Position numbers and translations under genes: made by a program
Notes under the pieces: model-generated
Told to the model about the DNA's origin: nothing
Databases searched by the model: none
Seen by the model: the letters and a program-made list of their open reading frames with translations, nothing else
Assembly (NCBI GenBank): GCA_030867685.1
Contig: JAQOWU010000003.1
Location: forward strand, 1,054,001 to 1,118,000
DNA from: Wickerhamiella versatilis
Lineage: Eukaryota
Direction: 5' to 3'
Length of the DNA stretch: 64,000 nucleotides
Shown: in pieces, positions 52,675 through 63,637 of the stretch
How positions within the stretch are numbered: position 1 is the first letter of the stretch
Layout of the letters: each line of letters begins with the position of its first letter

Positions 52675-53520
52675 ATGGAACTACATACTTGGACACCACT
52701 TGGCACACTAGCTGCAAGTATAGATCCAGAATGTCTCGCTGCTATCTGGTTTACATCTGTCACAAAGGTGCCTATAAGGATTGTACCAAGCAGTAATGTA
52801 TATGTCTCCCCGGAGCGCCGTTTGCCATGCCTGATTAACAACGGTGTTACTGTCAGTGGTTACACCGAAATTACGCACTACTTGAGTTCACTGGGTTACT
52901 CTTTAGGTGAGCAAAGGCCTCAAGATGTTGCTCTTCTAGCTCTTGCTGAACAGCTTAAGATATTCACAGATTGGACGTTATTCTGTCAGGATAATAATTA
53001 TCGTGCTATTACGCGCCCTTTGATTTCGGCAGCCATACCATTTCCCATGCAATATAATGTTGCTATCTCGCTTCAACGGAGTGCAACCGCAAAAGCTCGC
53101 GCACGAGGTCTCACTAAACGACTCGCAGATGAAAAAAGTCCTCGCCTCAGCAAACTACATTCAGAGCTTCTTGAGCAAAGAAATGAGCAGGAAAAGGCCC
53201 GCCAGGCACCACAAAATATCATGAGAGTAGTCGCCAGAGCTGAAGAAATCTATAAGACAGCTATGGTTCTTCACGGCGAAACGTCACCCGCAAGCTTGTT
53301 GCTTGCTGCGAATTTATTGCTGCAGACTCTCCCATCGCTTCCTTCTCATCCTCTCGAAATAATAGCACAACGGTATCCCGATCTGAGAAAGCTTCGCGAC
53401 AACACATCAATAATTCCGTTTACTCTTGATGAGCCAACTTCAGATAGCGAGTATAACTTGCAAAATTTCTTGTTGAGCTGGACTCCATGGACGCCATGGA
53501 CGGCGTCATCTCTAGCTTAA
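52675..53520 (+). CDS. SAM37: Metaxin/Sam37-like mitochondrial SAM complex subunit
   Basis: 'ASIDPECLAAIW', 'SSN..VSP...LP.L' and 'PFPMQYN'. Confidence 0.7.
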   Translation: MELHTWTPLGTLAASIDPECLAAIWFTSVTKVPIRIVPSSNVYVSPERRLPCLINNGVTVSGYTEITHYLSSLGYSLGEQRPQDVALLALAEQLKIFTDWTLFCQDNNYRAITRPLISAAIPFPMQYNVAISLQRSATAKARARGLTKRLADEKSPRLSKLHSELLEQRNEQEKARQAPQNIMRVVARAEEIYKTAMVLHGETSPASLLLAANLLLQTLPSLPSHPLEIIAQRYPDLRKLRDNTSIIPFTLDEPTSDSEYNLQNFLLSWTPWTPWTASSLA

Positions 53521-53521
53521 G

Positions 53522-53863
53522 TTAATTTTTACGGGGAGCCTGTAATCCATTATAGACGATGTAGTAGACGACTGTAGAATCATTTGTTATCATGGAATGA
53601 ATGAGTCTTCGAGGCTCTTGATCCAAATCCAATGCAGATTTTATGGCTGCAAACGCGTGGGCCCACTCCTTAACCGTCCAGTTGTCCTCTGTATGGGTTG
53701 CCAGTACATACTCACGATTTGGAGCTTCACCATCATCTGGATGCAGCTTTTTGGGTGGAATCCCTGCGCAGAACGAAAATTCAGGCACGTTGAGTATTTC
53801 CACGTCTCTCCATAATTGCTGGTATGTCAGATTGGTGGCCACCAGCTCTGCCTCTGTTTGCAT
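53522..53863 (-). CDS. SEN15: tRNA-splicing endonuclease subunit
   Basis: 'NLTYQQLW', 'EYVLA' and 'DSTVVYYIVYNGL.APRKN'. Confidence 0.85.
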   Translation of the reverse strand: MQTEAELVATNLTYQQLWRDVEILNVPEFSFCAGIPPKKLHPDDGEAPNREYVLATHTEDNWTVKEWAHAFAAIKSALDLDQEPRRLIHSMITNDSTVVYYIVYNGLQAPRKN

Positions 53864-53994
53864 ACGATTACAGAAGCGGGACAACGGGATAAAGATATCA
53901 GCTTGTGAATATCATTGCTTTAGGCGAGCTGATTTAATTTTATATCACATATATGGGAGTTTATATCTATGTACATAGCGCCTTCTTGTAGTTT

Positions 53995-54165
53995 TTATGC
54001 GACCTCGAATCCGTAACCCTTCATGCACTCCTTGTACTGCTGGATGATTGGGCCACACTTGTCCGAGTCGGTTCCATTGTGAAGCAGACATTCATCACGT
54101 TCTGCCTTCTGCGGCTTGCAAACGCAGCATGGCTTTGGCTTCGACTCACTTGCGGCGGGTTGCAT
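53995..54165 (-). CDS. COX17: Mitochondrial copper chaperone (56 aa); absent from the ORF track
   Basis: Manual translation gives MQPAASESKPKPCCVCKPQKAERDECLLHNGTDSDKCGPIIQQYKECMKGYGFEVA*. Confidence 0.96.
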   Translation of the reverse strand: MQPAASESKPKPCCVCKPQKAERDECLLHNGTDSDKCGPIIQQYKECMKGYGFEVA

Positions 54166-54288
54166 TGAAAGTGTGCGTGCTGGTGGGAGGAAATCACGTG
54201 CAGTGGCAATCTATGGTATACCCGTTGTGACTATTAATCAAAGAGCTCAAAGAAAAAATTATTAGGTAATTCTCAAATTCAGTTGAAG

Positions 54289-54873
54289 ATGGGAAAACCA
54301 CGAAGAAAGAGCGAAGGAGCTAGAAGGTCAGGCAACGGTGAACGCGAGATAAAGCCCGAGGTGTTTAATGACAAGGCCGCAGCAAATTCCCTGAGCTTTA
54401 AGCGCCCTGAGTACAGAGGCGTGGGCAAAGACAACAAGGCCCGTAATCGTCTAGTTGATAAAGGGAAAATCCAGCGAAAGAAGGCTACTCGTGAGTATAC
54501 TCCTGAGGAATTAGGTATTCCAAAGCTTAACACTTCGTTGCAGCCACAGGGTGTCGTTAAAAAAGGTGGAAAGAAAGGTAAAAAGTTCGTTACTGATTCG
54601 AAACTCCAGATAATATTGGCCGAGGTCCAACAGAAATCCAACGATGATACTGCGTCTAAGCTTGAGCGGGCCCGGCAAATTGAGGCGATTCGGGAGCAGA
54701 AGCGTCTAGAGATGGAGGAGCGCGAACAAGCCAGGGAAGAGAAACTCGAGCAAAAGAAACGTGACGTTAGAAAGAAAGGAAAAGGCAAAACTCAGCAACG
54801 GTCAAGCGATGATGATCTTGTGGAACGACCTAGTAAGTCCAACTCCAAGAGACGGGTTGCATTTGCTGTTTGA
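54289..54873 (+). CDS. LOC1: 60S biogenesis / mRNA localisation protein
   Basis: 'REIKPEVF.DKAA.N', 'EELGIPKLN', 'GKKGKKFV.D' and 'SKLERAR..EAIRE.KR.E'. Confidence 0.85.
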   Translation: MGKPRRKSEGARRSGNGEREIKPEVFNDKAAANSLSFKRPEYRGVGKDNKARNRLVDKGKIQRKKATREYTPEELGIPKLNTSLQPQGVVKKGGKKGKKFVTDSKLQIILAEVQQKSNDDTASKLERARQIEAIREQKRLEMEEREQAREEKLEQKKRDVRKKGKGKTQQRSSDDDLVERPSKSNSKRRVAFAV

Positions 54874-55742
54874 TAGGCATGTTTATTTATAGTTTAGGTA
54901 TCTTACAGAAACTCATGTAGCTACGTTTTTAGCCTCAGTAACTGAATATTGCACCGATCTGTGTAATCTTTGGCAGCGTTTGTGCATTCTTCTACCAATT
55001 ACTCAACTCGAGATAGGTAGATGAGCAGGAGGCATTATAAAGCTATTGAAGAAATAACAGTGATACGCTCATTATTTTTCATGTTATATTGGTGAATCCT
55101 TCTTGGGCACTGTCATGTCATTTCTACACTGGGGCAAATGAGTATAGATGTTTGACGGGGACTTCAGTAATATGAATGAACAATTTTAGGCAACTAGACT
55201 TTAACCTGAAATGGATATTCTGTACACAGAGACGGCTGCTTTAAAATGGCATCGTCAATTAAGTGCTAATGCATCTCCACATGATCTTCTCTGATCAGCA
55301 TTACGTTATACTTTATACGACAGGGTAATAAGATTATACGCCGTCTCGGCATTTAACGACCAAAAAGATGCAGATTGAAAAGTGCCTTTGATATTTTCGC
55401 GATATTTTATATTTATTATATGATAAATAGGTCTGGAAAGTTGCATACTTATGTTTGAACTTTCATCAGGGGCCCTATAAGAATGCAATACCCGTACCCT
55501 AAATGTAAGAAAGTGTTTCATATTTGCCGACCTACAGCTTAGCGATATTCGGTATAAAATAGGTATAGTGATGCAGAAATTTAATTATTACCGTGAACCG
55601 TAGGTTAATCACGCCAAATACTTTTTGTAAGAGTCATAGTATAAAGCTAGCAGAATTTTCATCAGGCAGGGCTTGGGACATAGATAACGAATTTAGTAAT
55701 TAAAGATTTTATAACCCCAGTCTTGTGACAAAACCCCCCTTA

Positions 55743-57857
55743 ATGAAACTGCCCATTTTTGGTGGTAAGGAAAAACAGGCCACGGTGGCCGAAACCGAAC
55801 TCCCTAACACTCCGTCTGAGGAGAATAGTGTTAATGATGCTGTGGAAGAAACGCCTCTCGGACCTGAGCCGACAGACGAGGAGCTTGCCACGCTGCGTAA
55901 AGTCAGGGATCATTTCCCATTCTCTGCGTTCTTGGTAGCTATCGTAGAACTTGCCGAGCGGTTTACGTATTATGGTCTTACTGGTCCGTTTCAGAACTAC
56001 ATTCAAAGACCGATTAAGGCAACTACAAAGAATGGTCCTGGTTATCATGGTGATGGTCCAGGTGGTATTGGACAAAATAAGTATGATATAACAAAAAATC
56101 AGAGTATGGCTACTGGCCTAACTACTTTCTTTACTTTTTGGTGCTATGTGACGCCAATCCCGATGGCCATACTAGCTGACATGAAACTGGGGAAGTACTG
56201 GACCATTTGCTTATCTAGTGGTATTTATGTGATTGGTCTGCTGGTTCTTTTTGTAACTTCATTACCTCAGTACCGTAACGAGAACAATACAGGACTTGGT
56301 GGTCTCATTGCTTCAATGATTATAATAGGTATTGGAACAGGAGGTATTAAGTCCAACGTGTCAACATTGATTGCAGAGCAGTACACAGTCACAAGACCAT
56401 ACGTAAGAACGGAAAAGAGTGGTGAAAGGGTTATTGTAGACCCGTCGACCACGGTTCAGTATATTTATTTGATATTTTATTGGGCAATTAACATCGGCTC
56501 CTTATCTGCTATTGCCACGACAGAATTGGAGCGGAATGTTGATTTCTGGCCTGCGTTCTTGCTCCCCTTTGCTTTCTTTGGTGTAGCGATCGTTGTGCTT
56601 ATTATTGGCCGTAAGAAGTACATTGTGCGCAAGCCTGAAGGATCCCCTATCCCGTGGTCGACGCAAATTGTGTGGATGGCGTTTAAAAACGGCCTCCAGT
56701 CGAAAGAGAAAAGGTTTGTGGCTCCAAGAGAAGATGAAATCGACCGCACCATTGTTATTCCGAAGAGCAAATTTGTAGAAACCTTGAATAAGTATGTCTA
56801 TTCTGGTTTTACGTGGTGGAGACCATTTGCCGAGCGGTTTACAGTGGATATTGCGAAACCAACTGTCCGTTCACATTTGGGCCTCTCACCAGTGCCTTGG
56901 ACTGATACCTTCGTTGAAGAGGTATCCAGGGCTGTTAATGCAGCTAAGGTTTTTGTCTTCTTCCCTATATACTGGATATGCTACTCACAAATTACGAACA
57001 ACCTTACCTCCCAAGCTGGGCAAACTCAGACCCATGAGCTTCCAAATGACATTCTTCAAAATTTGGACCCTATCACAATCATTATATTTGTGCCTATCTT
57101 CGATAGGCTAATTTATCCAGGTCTTCGTAGACTCGGATTCCAATTACTACCGATAACGCGCATTACATTCGGTTTCTTTGTAACCGCAATTTCTATGGGG
57201 TACACAGCAGGTTTCCAGAAACTAATTTACAGCCGAGGCCCTTGCTTTGATCACCCTCTCGACAAACTATGCAAGCCATTGTACCACAATAATGACCCAG
57301 ATTTTCCTGAAACCGGCAAGAATAATGACGTTCATGTGGCAATCCAGACTCCTTCTTGGTTTTTTATGGGCATATCCGAGATCCTTGCTTCAGCGACTGG
57401 AAATGAGTTTGCCTTCAAGTACGCCCCCGCGTCCATGAAGTCTTTTGTAATGTCTCTCTTCTTGCTCACAAATGCATTTGGCTCTGCAATTAACGAAGCG
57501 CTTAATCCAACACTGGTGAACCCAAAGATCATGTATATGTATACTGGTATTTCGGTTGCGGCATTCATCGCAGGTATCGTATTTTGGTTTGTGTACCAGG
57601 ACCTCAACGACCGAGAGCTTTACTATGAGAAGCTTAGCATACTTGTACACAAGGAAGAAGAACATACCGATAGGGATTTGGATTCCGAAGAATACTTCGG
57701 AATTAATCATGGAAAGAATCCTGGTGATCACCTACAACCCATAGCCAGCGCGGCGTCTGGCAAGATATTAGACCGGCAACCGCAGAAGGATGTGGCTGAG
57801 GAAGAAAAAATTGATGAAGGTCTCGCCAACGCAGCAGTGTTTTCACCAGCACCATAG
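55743..57857 (+). CDS. PTR2: POT-family di/tripeptide transporter
   Basis: ELAERFTYYG, GTGGIKSNVS and FYWAINIGS. Confidence 0.92.
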   Translation: MKLPIFGGKEKQATVAETELPNTPSEENSVNDAVEETPLGPEPTDEELATLRKVRDHFPFSAFLVAIVELAERFTYYGLTGPFQNYIQRPIKATTKNGPGYHGDGPGGIGQNKYDITKNQSMATGLTTFFTFWCYVTPIPMAILADMKLGKYWTICLSSGIYVIGLLVLFVTSLPQYRNENNTGLGGLIASMIIIGIGTGGIKSNVSTLIAEQYTVTRPYVRTEKSGERVIVDPSTTVQYIYLIFYWAINIGSLSAIATTELERNVDFWPAFLLPFAFFGVAIVVLIIGRKKYIVRKPEGSPIPWSTQIVWMAFKNGLQSKEKRFVAPREDEIDRTIVIPKSKFVETLNKYVYSGFTWWRPFAERFTVDIAKPTVRSHLGLSPVPWTDTFVEEVSRAVNAAKVFVFFPIYWICYSQITNNLTSQAGQTQTHELPNDILQNLDPITIIIFVPIFDRLIYPGLRRLGFQLLPITRITFGFFVTAISMGYTAGFQKLIYSRGPCFDHPLDKLCKPLYHNNDPDFPETGKNNDVHVAIQTPSWFFMGISEILASATGNEFAFKYAPASMKSFVMSLFLLTNAFGSAINEALNPTLVNPKIMYMYTGISVAAFIAGIVFWFVYQDLNDRELYYEKLSILVHKEEEHTDRDLDSEEYFGINHGKNPGDHLQPIASAASGKILDRQPQKDVAEEEKIDEGLANAAVFSPAP

Positions 57858-58321
57858 CGAGTTTAATTTTTCATGACCACTACTAACCGATGTTTTGAGG
57901 AAGTATTTCGACTTATAATCTTAATCATGGATCCCTATTTTGACAAAATTCCATATCGAACGTTTTGAATAATAATTCTTAATTTTCTAAAGTATTGGTA
58001 GGATTGATAGACACTTATATCCATATCCTAGAAGGCTGCGAGTTGTTTGTATATGGATAGAAAAAACATGTAGAGCGAAGCTGAATGCAAGTGATCTAGC
58101 GGACTTGTACTGTCTGGCTAATATTTCTGATATCGACTCTACTCAGATAACTGTGTTTCTATACTATAAAAAAAGGAAACCTTTCAAATATCTGGCACTC
58201 GCGTTACGTTCCGATGACAAATAGACATGAGAAAAAACGTGATATTGCGTCATACCAGAGTGCGTGCCCTAGCCACGACTCGGTCACCAGAGAAAAATAA
58301 TTCCAAACAAGCAAGTTTACC

Positions 58322-59488
58322 ATGTCGAGATTTGGAACACAGGCTGTCCATGCCGGAGCCTCGCCTGATACCAAAACAGGTGCAGTGATTCATCCGATTT
58401 CTCTCTCAACGACATTCGCGCAGACTGCTGCCGCCACGCCAGTTGGTGGGTTTGAATACAGTCGTAGTGACAATCCCAACCGGTCTTTTTTCGAAGAGGC
58501 AATCGCAGCCTTGGAAAAAGGGAAATATGGCGTGGCCTTCAGCTCAGGAAGTGCTGCTACGGCTTCAATTCTCCAGGCATTGGCCCCGGGCGGCCACATA
58601 GTATCCATTAGCGATGTATATGGGGGCACACACCGGTACTTCACACAAGTTGCCGGTGCTCATAATATTAGCATCAGCTTTTCAAGCAAATTAGGCGAGG
58701 ACTTGCCACGTCTCCTCCAGCCTAACACAAAATTGGTGTGGATTGAATCTCCTTCCAATCCTACACTTAGCATTACGGATATTCGAGCCATTGCCAACCA
58801 ATTGAAGGATCATCCGGCAAAGCTAGTTGTTGACAATACATTCTTGAGCCCATTCATTCAAAATCCAATTGCATTAGGGGCTGATATTGCAGTGCACTCG
58901 GTCACCAAGTTCCTAAATGGACACTCAGATGTCGTCATGGGGGTTGCCGTCACCAGTGACGATGATATTCACCAGAAGCTGAGATTCATGCAAAATGCTA
59001 TTGGTGCAGTCCCATCACCGTTTGACTGTTGGCTTGCGCACAGAGGCGTTAAGACATTACACCTGAGGTTAACACAGTCTTCTCACAATGCGCAAGCCAT
59101 AGCTGAGCTGCTTGAAGAACGAGTAGGCAAGGAGGTTGTCTCTGTATCGTATCCTGGACTGGAGACGAATCCGCAGCGCGAAATTGTCAGAAGGCAACAT
59201 CGAGATGGTCTCGGTGGAGGCATGATAAGTTTCCGCATTAAGGGTGGTGCAAAGGAAGCTTCGGACTTCTGTGCATTTGCCAAGATTTTCACGCTGGCGG
59301 AATCACTAGGTGGAATCGAAAGCCTTTGCGAGGTTCCTGCAGCCATGACGCATGCTGGTATCCCCGAAGAAGAACGTGCGGTGAGTGGTGTATACGACAA
59401 CCTCATTCGCGTCAGTGTTGGTATTGAGGATACACAGGACCTTCTCGATGACGTTAAACAGGCACTTGAGAGAGCAGCCGCCATCTAA
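58322..59488 (+). CDS. CYS3: Cystathionine gamma-lyase
   Basis: PISLSTTF, YSRS.NPNR, DVYGGT, ESPSNP, HSVTKFLNGHSD and AESLGGIESL. Confidence 0.92.
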   Translation: MSRFGTQAVHAGASPDTKTGAVIHPISLSTTFAQTAAATPVGGFEYSRSDNPNRSFFEEAIAALEKGKYGVAFSSGSAATASILQALAPGGHIVSISDVYGGTHRYFTQVAGAHNISISFSSKLGEDLPRLLQPNTKLVWIESPSNPTLSITDIRAIANQLKDHPAKLVVDNTFLSPFIQNPIALGADIAVHSVTKFLNGHSDVVMGVAVTSDDDIHQKLRFMQNAIGAVPSPFDCWLAHRGVKTLHLRLTQSSHNAQAIAELLEERVGKEVVSVSYPGLETNPQREIVRRQHRDGLGGGMISFRIKGGAKEASDFCAFAKIFTLAESLGGIESLCEVPAAMTHAGIPEEERAVSGVYDNLIRVSVGIEDTQDLLDDVKQALERAAAI

Positions 59489-59778
59489 TTTAGTGTGCTC
59501 TACATGTAAATAGGAAGTGTGCTCCCCTATGGAGTTTTTGAATTCACGTTTAAAGTAATTTCTTTACTTATAAATGCAGTGATTGCAAATGCAATGATGG
59601 AGGTAGCGATGCTGGCTGAGGTAGCGGCGTTGGATTCAGTTGACGTGCTGTATAAAGGAAATTCAATTTACTGTTAAAGTATGAGCATGGCTAGAGCACT
59701 TCAAAAAAAACAACTATCTTGTTAACGTTATTTAGGTGACATATAAAGATTAGAGCAAATGTGCCAAAACTAAGATGG

Positions 59779-60507
59779 CTAAAGTTCAGCATGCATTTGA
59801 CAATCAGGAGCTGCCACAAACTCTCCTTCGTGCGAAATAATTTTACGGGTAAGGGCCATAAGTTCGGCCTTTGTCGTTGGTGAGTTGACTGATGCAGCGG
59901 CAATGGCCCCGGCCCAGTCACACAACCACGAGCTCTCACCTGACACTGCCAAATTCGTTATCAGGCTTTCAATTCGGCTGGCTTGCGACTTGTTAAGATC
60001 TTTGCTGGGGACTTCCTTGACAATCTCCTTCAGAACAGGGCGGGTGAGATGTAGACCTTGTTGTGTAGATATAAGGGCACTAAGTATATTAAAAGCCTGG
60101 GAATCTTCCCAAACATGCTTTCGAAGTTGTTCAGGAGCGTCACTAGGAAGGTTTGCTGCTGCCTCTCTGTTGTTTCGGAGTGATCCACTAAGAATGCGGC
60201 CTGCCTGCGCACTACCGTCAAGAAATTTCTCAATCAACTGCTCTCCGAAGGACGCCACAATTTCTGCGCCATCATCATAGCCATGCGCCTTTTCTTCCAA
60301 TGTATCAAGTGGTGGCAAATTGGGAAGTGCCAGATCCTGGGTGTGCTCTTGTTCCATTTCGGCTGCTTCCTCTTCAGCTTCCTTGACCCACGTTCCGCCA
60401 TTCTCAAAATCAAATCTGATATCTAGTCCAGCATCTACAACTTCTCCCTCAGGCACATGGCGCCATGCAGCAGCCACAACTGCCGCCAGCACAGTGTAAC
60501 ACTTCAT
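59779..60507 (-). CDS. SIL1: ER Hsp70 nucleotide-exchange factor, Sil1-like (short)
   Basis: Signal peptide, 'W..V.EG..V.AGLDIRFDFENG', 'LEEKAH..DDG', 'SLRNN' and C-terminal HAEL. Confidence 0.65.
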   Translation of the reverse strand: MKCYTVLAAVVAAAWRHVPEGEVVDAGLDIRFDFENGGTWVKEAEEEAAEMEQEHTQDLALPNLPPLDTLEEKAHGYDDGAEIVASFGEQLIEKFLDGSAQAGRILSGSLRNNREAAANLPSDAPEQLRKHVWEDSQAFNILSALISTQQGLHLTRPVLKEIVKEVPSKDLNKSQASRIESLITNLAVSGESSWLCDWAGAIAAASVNSPTTKAELMALTRKIISHEGEFVAAPDCQMHAEL

Positions 60508-60710
60508 ACGGGTTAGGTTGCAATGTAACGACACTTGGGCGAAGGGAGGATAATCCGACTAAGTGTATGCATAATGACATGACATATTAATGTATTTTTA
60601 ATTTTATTTACTTCCTCATTATACCCCGAATAGAATAAATATCATAGGACATGACTTCGATTCCCGGAGATCTCTTCTGTGACATCCTTTGTGTGTCCTG
60701 AGTCAGGTGG

Positions 60711-63539
60711 ATGGCCCTAGTGTATCCGTTAATACCCCCTAGGCGGGTATTAGCTGCAGCTTATGGCCGATTTCTTAGCCTTGATGCAGAGTCGTTGTGC
60801 CTGGCGTATGTCGGAGAGCTAGAATTCCGCGAAATTTCCGACAGTGACGAGTTGGGTCCAGCACAGCGAATACCACTACCTGGCATTGTCTGCAGCTTGA
60901 AAGCATTAGATGGAAGTCCCCAGAGAATAGCAGCGCTCTTGAATGATGGTAGTGTTCATGTATTGGCTTATCGTAATGGAGAGATGAAAGAGACACATCA
61001 CTTTGTTAGTCCACAGCCTACCAAGGCTTTGGTGCCGTCTATAAACACGAAGCAGACAGCAATGGTGGCTCCTACATCATTGAGGACTTTATTTATTGGT
61101 GATATTGGGAACCAGGGACTGTGGTTCACCGCACCTCTGACTGGGCTCGTACTCAGTGCGGTGTTCGTTGAGTCAAGGCTCATAGCTATTGCTTTTCTCA
61201 CAGTCCAAAGATCAACATCGTTGTCATTTTATCGAATAAAGGTACAGTCTAAATCTCTGGGTCCTCCGATACGTACGGTTGCGATTTCTGACGTAGAGCC
61301 TGTAGATATGACGGTCATTGAAAGTAGCATCGTAATTACTTTTCGTCAATCAGTCGTCGTTGTAACAACTTTGTCGAGCTTCACATCTCAGCCTCCCAAG
61401 GAGATTGTTGCTTGTGAGTATATGGGTGACAACAGATTTCTTTGGGTACACCCCACGGGTAGTGTGTCGGAAGCATCTGTAAATCTAGAAAATGGTGGAT
61501 TGACATCAAAAATTTTATGGGATTTTGGAAAACCTATCAATGATGCTCTTGTCGTCGCTGCGGGACCAAAAAGAGTTTTCTTGCAAATCCCAGGTGGGCT
61601 CACGGCTCTGGCACTAATTGAGAGGCAAGAACTAAAGTTCACTCACACACTGTCCACCACCCAGAATATACCTACGTTGCTGAGACACACAGTTGATGAT
61701 AATGGGGCGTCAACGTTATACTGTGGAGGATATCAAAATGATCCCATGTTCTACGAGTCCGTATTCTTTGGTGCCAGTGCGATTGTACAGGAACCTTTAG
61801 AATATACCAATGGGCTATCTGGTGTTTGGAATATAGGCGATGGACTATTTGCAATATCATCTGCTCAGCAAACATGCGTGCTTGCTCGTCGGGAGGGCAT
61901 GCTTCGACCACTGGTATTATCCGGTTGGATCACTAATGAATCAACCATCGCTGCTTCAGAGTCTATACAAGTGACGCCCAAGAATATCGTTTCTAAGGGC
62001 CATCATCATCCTCTGCCCTATACTGCTCGCTTCGCTTGTATAGCAGGATCCACGGTTGTAGTTGCCCATCTTAGCGGTGAGGAGAGCTTAGTCCAGTGGC
62101 TTGAAACAGGAAAGAATCTATCGGTACGAGAGGAAAAACATTACCCTGGTGCTATCACAGCTCTTAGCCCCAGTGTGGTTTGCTGCAACCAGCGTCTTTA
62201 TGTTGAGGACCGTCAACTAGAACTGCCAAGTTTGCCGAGCTCGGTACTCGTTGATGAGGATTGCGTTTATGTTGGACTTGTATGTGGCACTGTCATTTTA
62301 TACAGATTGCCCGAGCTAATTGAAGTTGCCACTTATGACATAGGGAAGGGTACACCACCACGGCTGCTCACCTTAGGCGATGGCCGTAAAATTGCATCAG
62401 GGGAAAGGACAATAGCTATTTCATCAAACCATAGCACAGAAATATCTAGTTGCCCCCCAATTCTTGGTGTAGCAAGCCTAGGGATAGGTGGTTACCATTT
62501 AATTATCTCCGAGAAGGGGATGCATGTTTGCGAATTTGAAGGATGGAATTCAGTTTCAGTAAAAAGGTATGAAGGGGTCCCTGGCAGTACTCTTGATGTG
62601 GGTACGTCTCAGGAATTGTGGTCAGCAGCAGGCTATCTCGTACGACATAAAAAAGCCATTCATCGATTAGACTTCAGTCAGTCAATTGATAAAATTTATG
62701 CCTTACCGGGAGGAAACTGCCTATATGCATCGAATAATGAAATTGGCATACTGAATAGTTCATTCGAGCGAGTTGATCATAGAGAATTCGCTGAAATATC
62801 TCGGGTGTACCGCAATGACAATACATCATTTCTTGTACTGCATCAGGGTGGCTTTTTCTTAGTAGAAATCACCTTGGAGCCGCCCAAGCTTCATGTTGGT
62901 GATAACTTAGAGGAGTCACCAGTTTGGGATTTTGAACGGTGTGATGTATCAGATGGCGTTATTTTATTCCGATCAGATCATGCAGAATATAGCATGGCAG
63001 AGTGGCATGATATGTCGCGTTTGCCTTATGTCTACCCAATTGTAGCGCGGGATGAGCCACCTGCAGCTGCACTGCTCTCTCAAAAACACTGGTGCATGGT
63101 ATTTGACCAGAACAAAACATTACATACTTTCTATAGGGATTCGAAAATGGGCGAATTTGTGCTTGGGGATGCAATCAGCGCTTTCTGCCGTCCCGCGCCT
63201 ATGCTTTTACGTATGACCGAAAAGTTGCCATTAAAGCCTTCTCTGTTCTTTGCCACAGAAAACGGAGGCCTCTATTTGTATGCTTTGCTGGAAGAAGATG
63301 TTGTAGAGCCTCTAAAAAGACTTCAAGATGTTATATCCCACAGCTACAAAGTTATAACGAGACCACTTGCAGACTTTCAAGGGTTTTCACAAAGCGAGAA
63401 CACTGATATCGATGGATCTTTACTAAATTCCTACATGAGCCTTGCGCAGAATGTGAGAGAGGATATGTGCCGAGAAGCTGGTATCCTGCCGTCGGTTATT
63501 TCCAATGTAGTCAATGGGATTTATACTATTTTGCATTAA
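60711..63539 (+). CDS. Divergent DDB1/Mms1/CPSF-A family beta-propeller protein
   Basis: Beta-rich 942-aa ORF with C-terminal 'LFFATENGGLY', 'L.RLQ..I' and 'DIDGSLL..Y..L', typical of the CPSF_A/DDB1 C-terminus. Confidence 0.6.
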   Translation: MALVYPLIPPRRVLAAAYGRFLSLDAESLCLAYVGELEFREISDSDELGPAQRIPLPGIVCSLKALDGSPQRIAALLNDGSVHVLAYRNGEMKETHHFVSPQPTKALVPSINTKQTAMVAPTSLRTLFIGDIGNQGLWFTAPLTGLVLSAVFVESRLIAIAFLTVQRSTSLSFYRIKVQSKSLGPPIRTVAISDVEPVDMTVIESSIVITFRQSVVVVTTLSSFTSQPPKEIVACEYMGDNRFLWVHPTGSVSEASVNLENGGLTSKILWDFGKPINDALVVAAGPKRVFLQIPGGLTALALIERQELKFTHTLSTTQNIPTLLRHTVDDNGASTLYCGGYQNDPMFYESVFFGASAIVQEPLEYTNGLSGVWNIGDGLFAISSAQQTCVLARREGMLRPLVLSGWITNESTIAASESIQVTPKNIVSKGHHHPLPYTARFACIAGSTVVVAHLSGEESLVQWLETGKNLSVREEKHYPGAITALSPSVVCCNQRLYVEDRQLELPSLPSSVLVDEDCVYVGLVCGTVILYRLPELIEVATYDIGKGTPPRLLTLGDGRKIASGERTIAISSNHSTEISSCPPILGVASLGIGGYHLIISEKGMHVCEFEGWNSVSVKRYEGVPGSTLDVGTSQELWSAAGYLVRHKKAIHRLDFSQSIDKIYALPGGNCLYASNNEIGILNSSFERVDHREFAEISRVYRNDNTSFLVLHQGGFFLVEITLEPPKLHVGDNLEESPVWDFERCDVSDGVILFRSDHAEYSMAEWHDMSRLPYVYPIVARDEPPAAALLSQKHWCMVFDQNKTLHTFYRDSKMGEFVLGDAISAFCRPAPMLLRMTEKLPLKPSLFFATENGGLYLYALLEEDVVEPLKRLQDVISHSYKVITRPLADFQGFSQSENTDIDGSLLNSYMSLAQNVREDMCREAGILPSVISNVVNGIYTILH

Positions 63540-63637
63540 ATCCATGCTTATATTATTTCGAGGCCTTTGCAATGCCCCTAAGTAGATACGATTTGGTACA
63601 TACATGTAACCAGCACAAATGATCATCGACACACATG

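Noticed and set aside
60652-60668. GACTTCGATTCCCGG, a tRNA T-arm/B-box-like sequence
   Set aside because: No cloverleaf or A box nearby.
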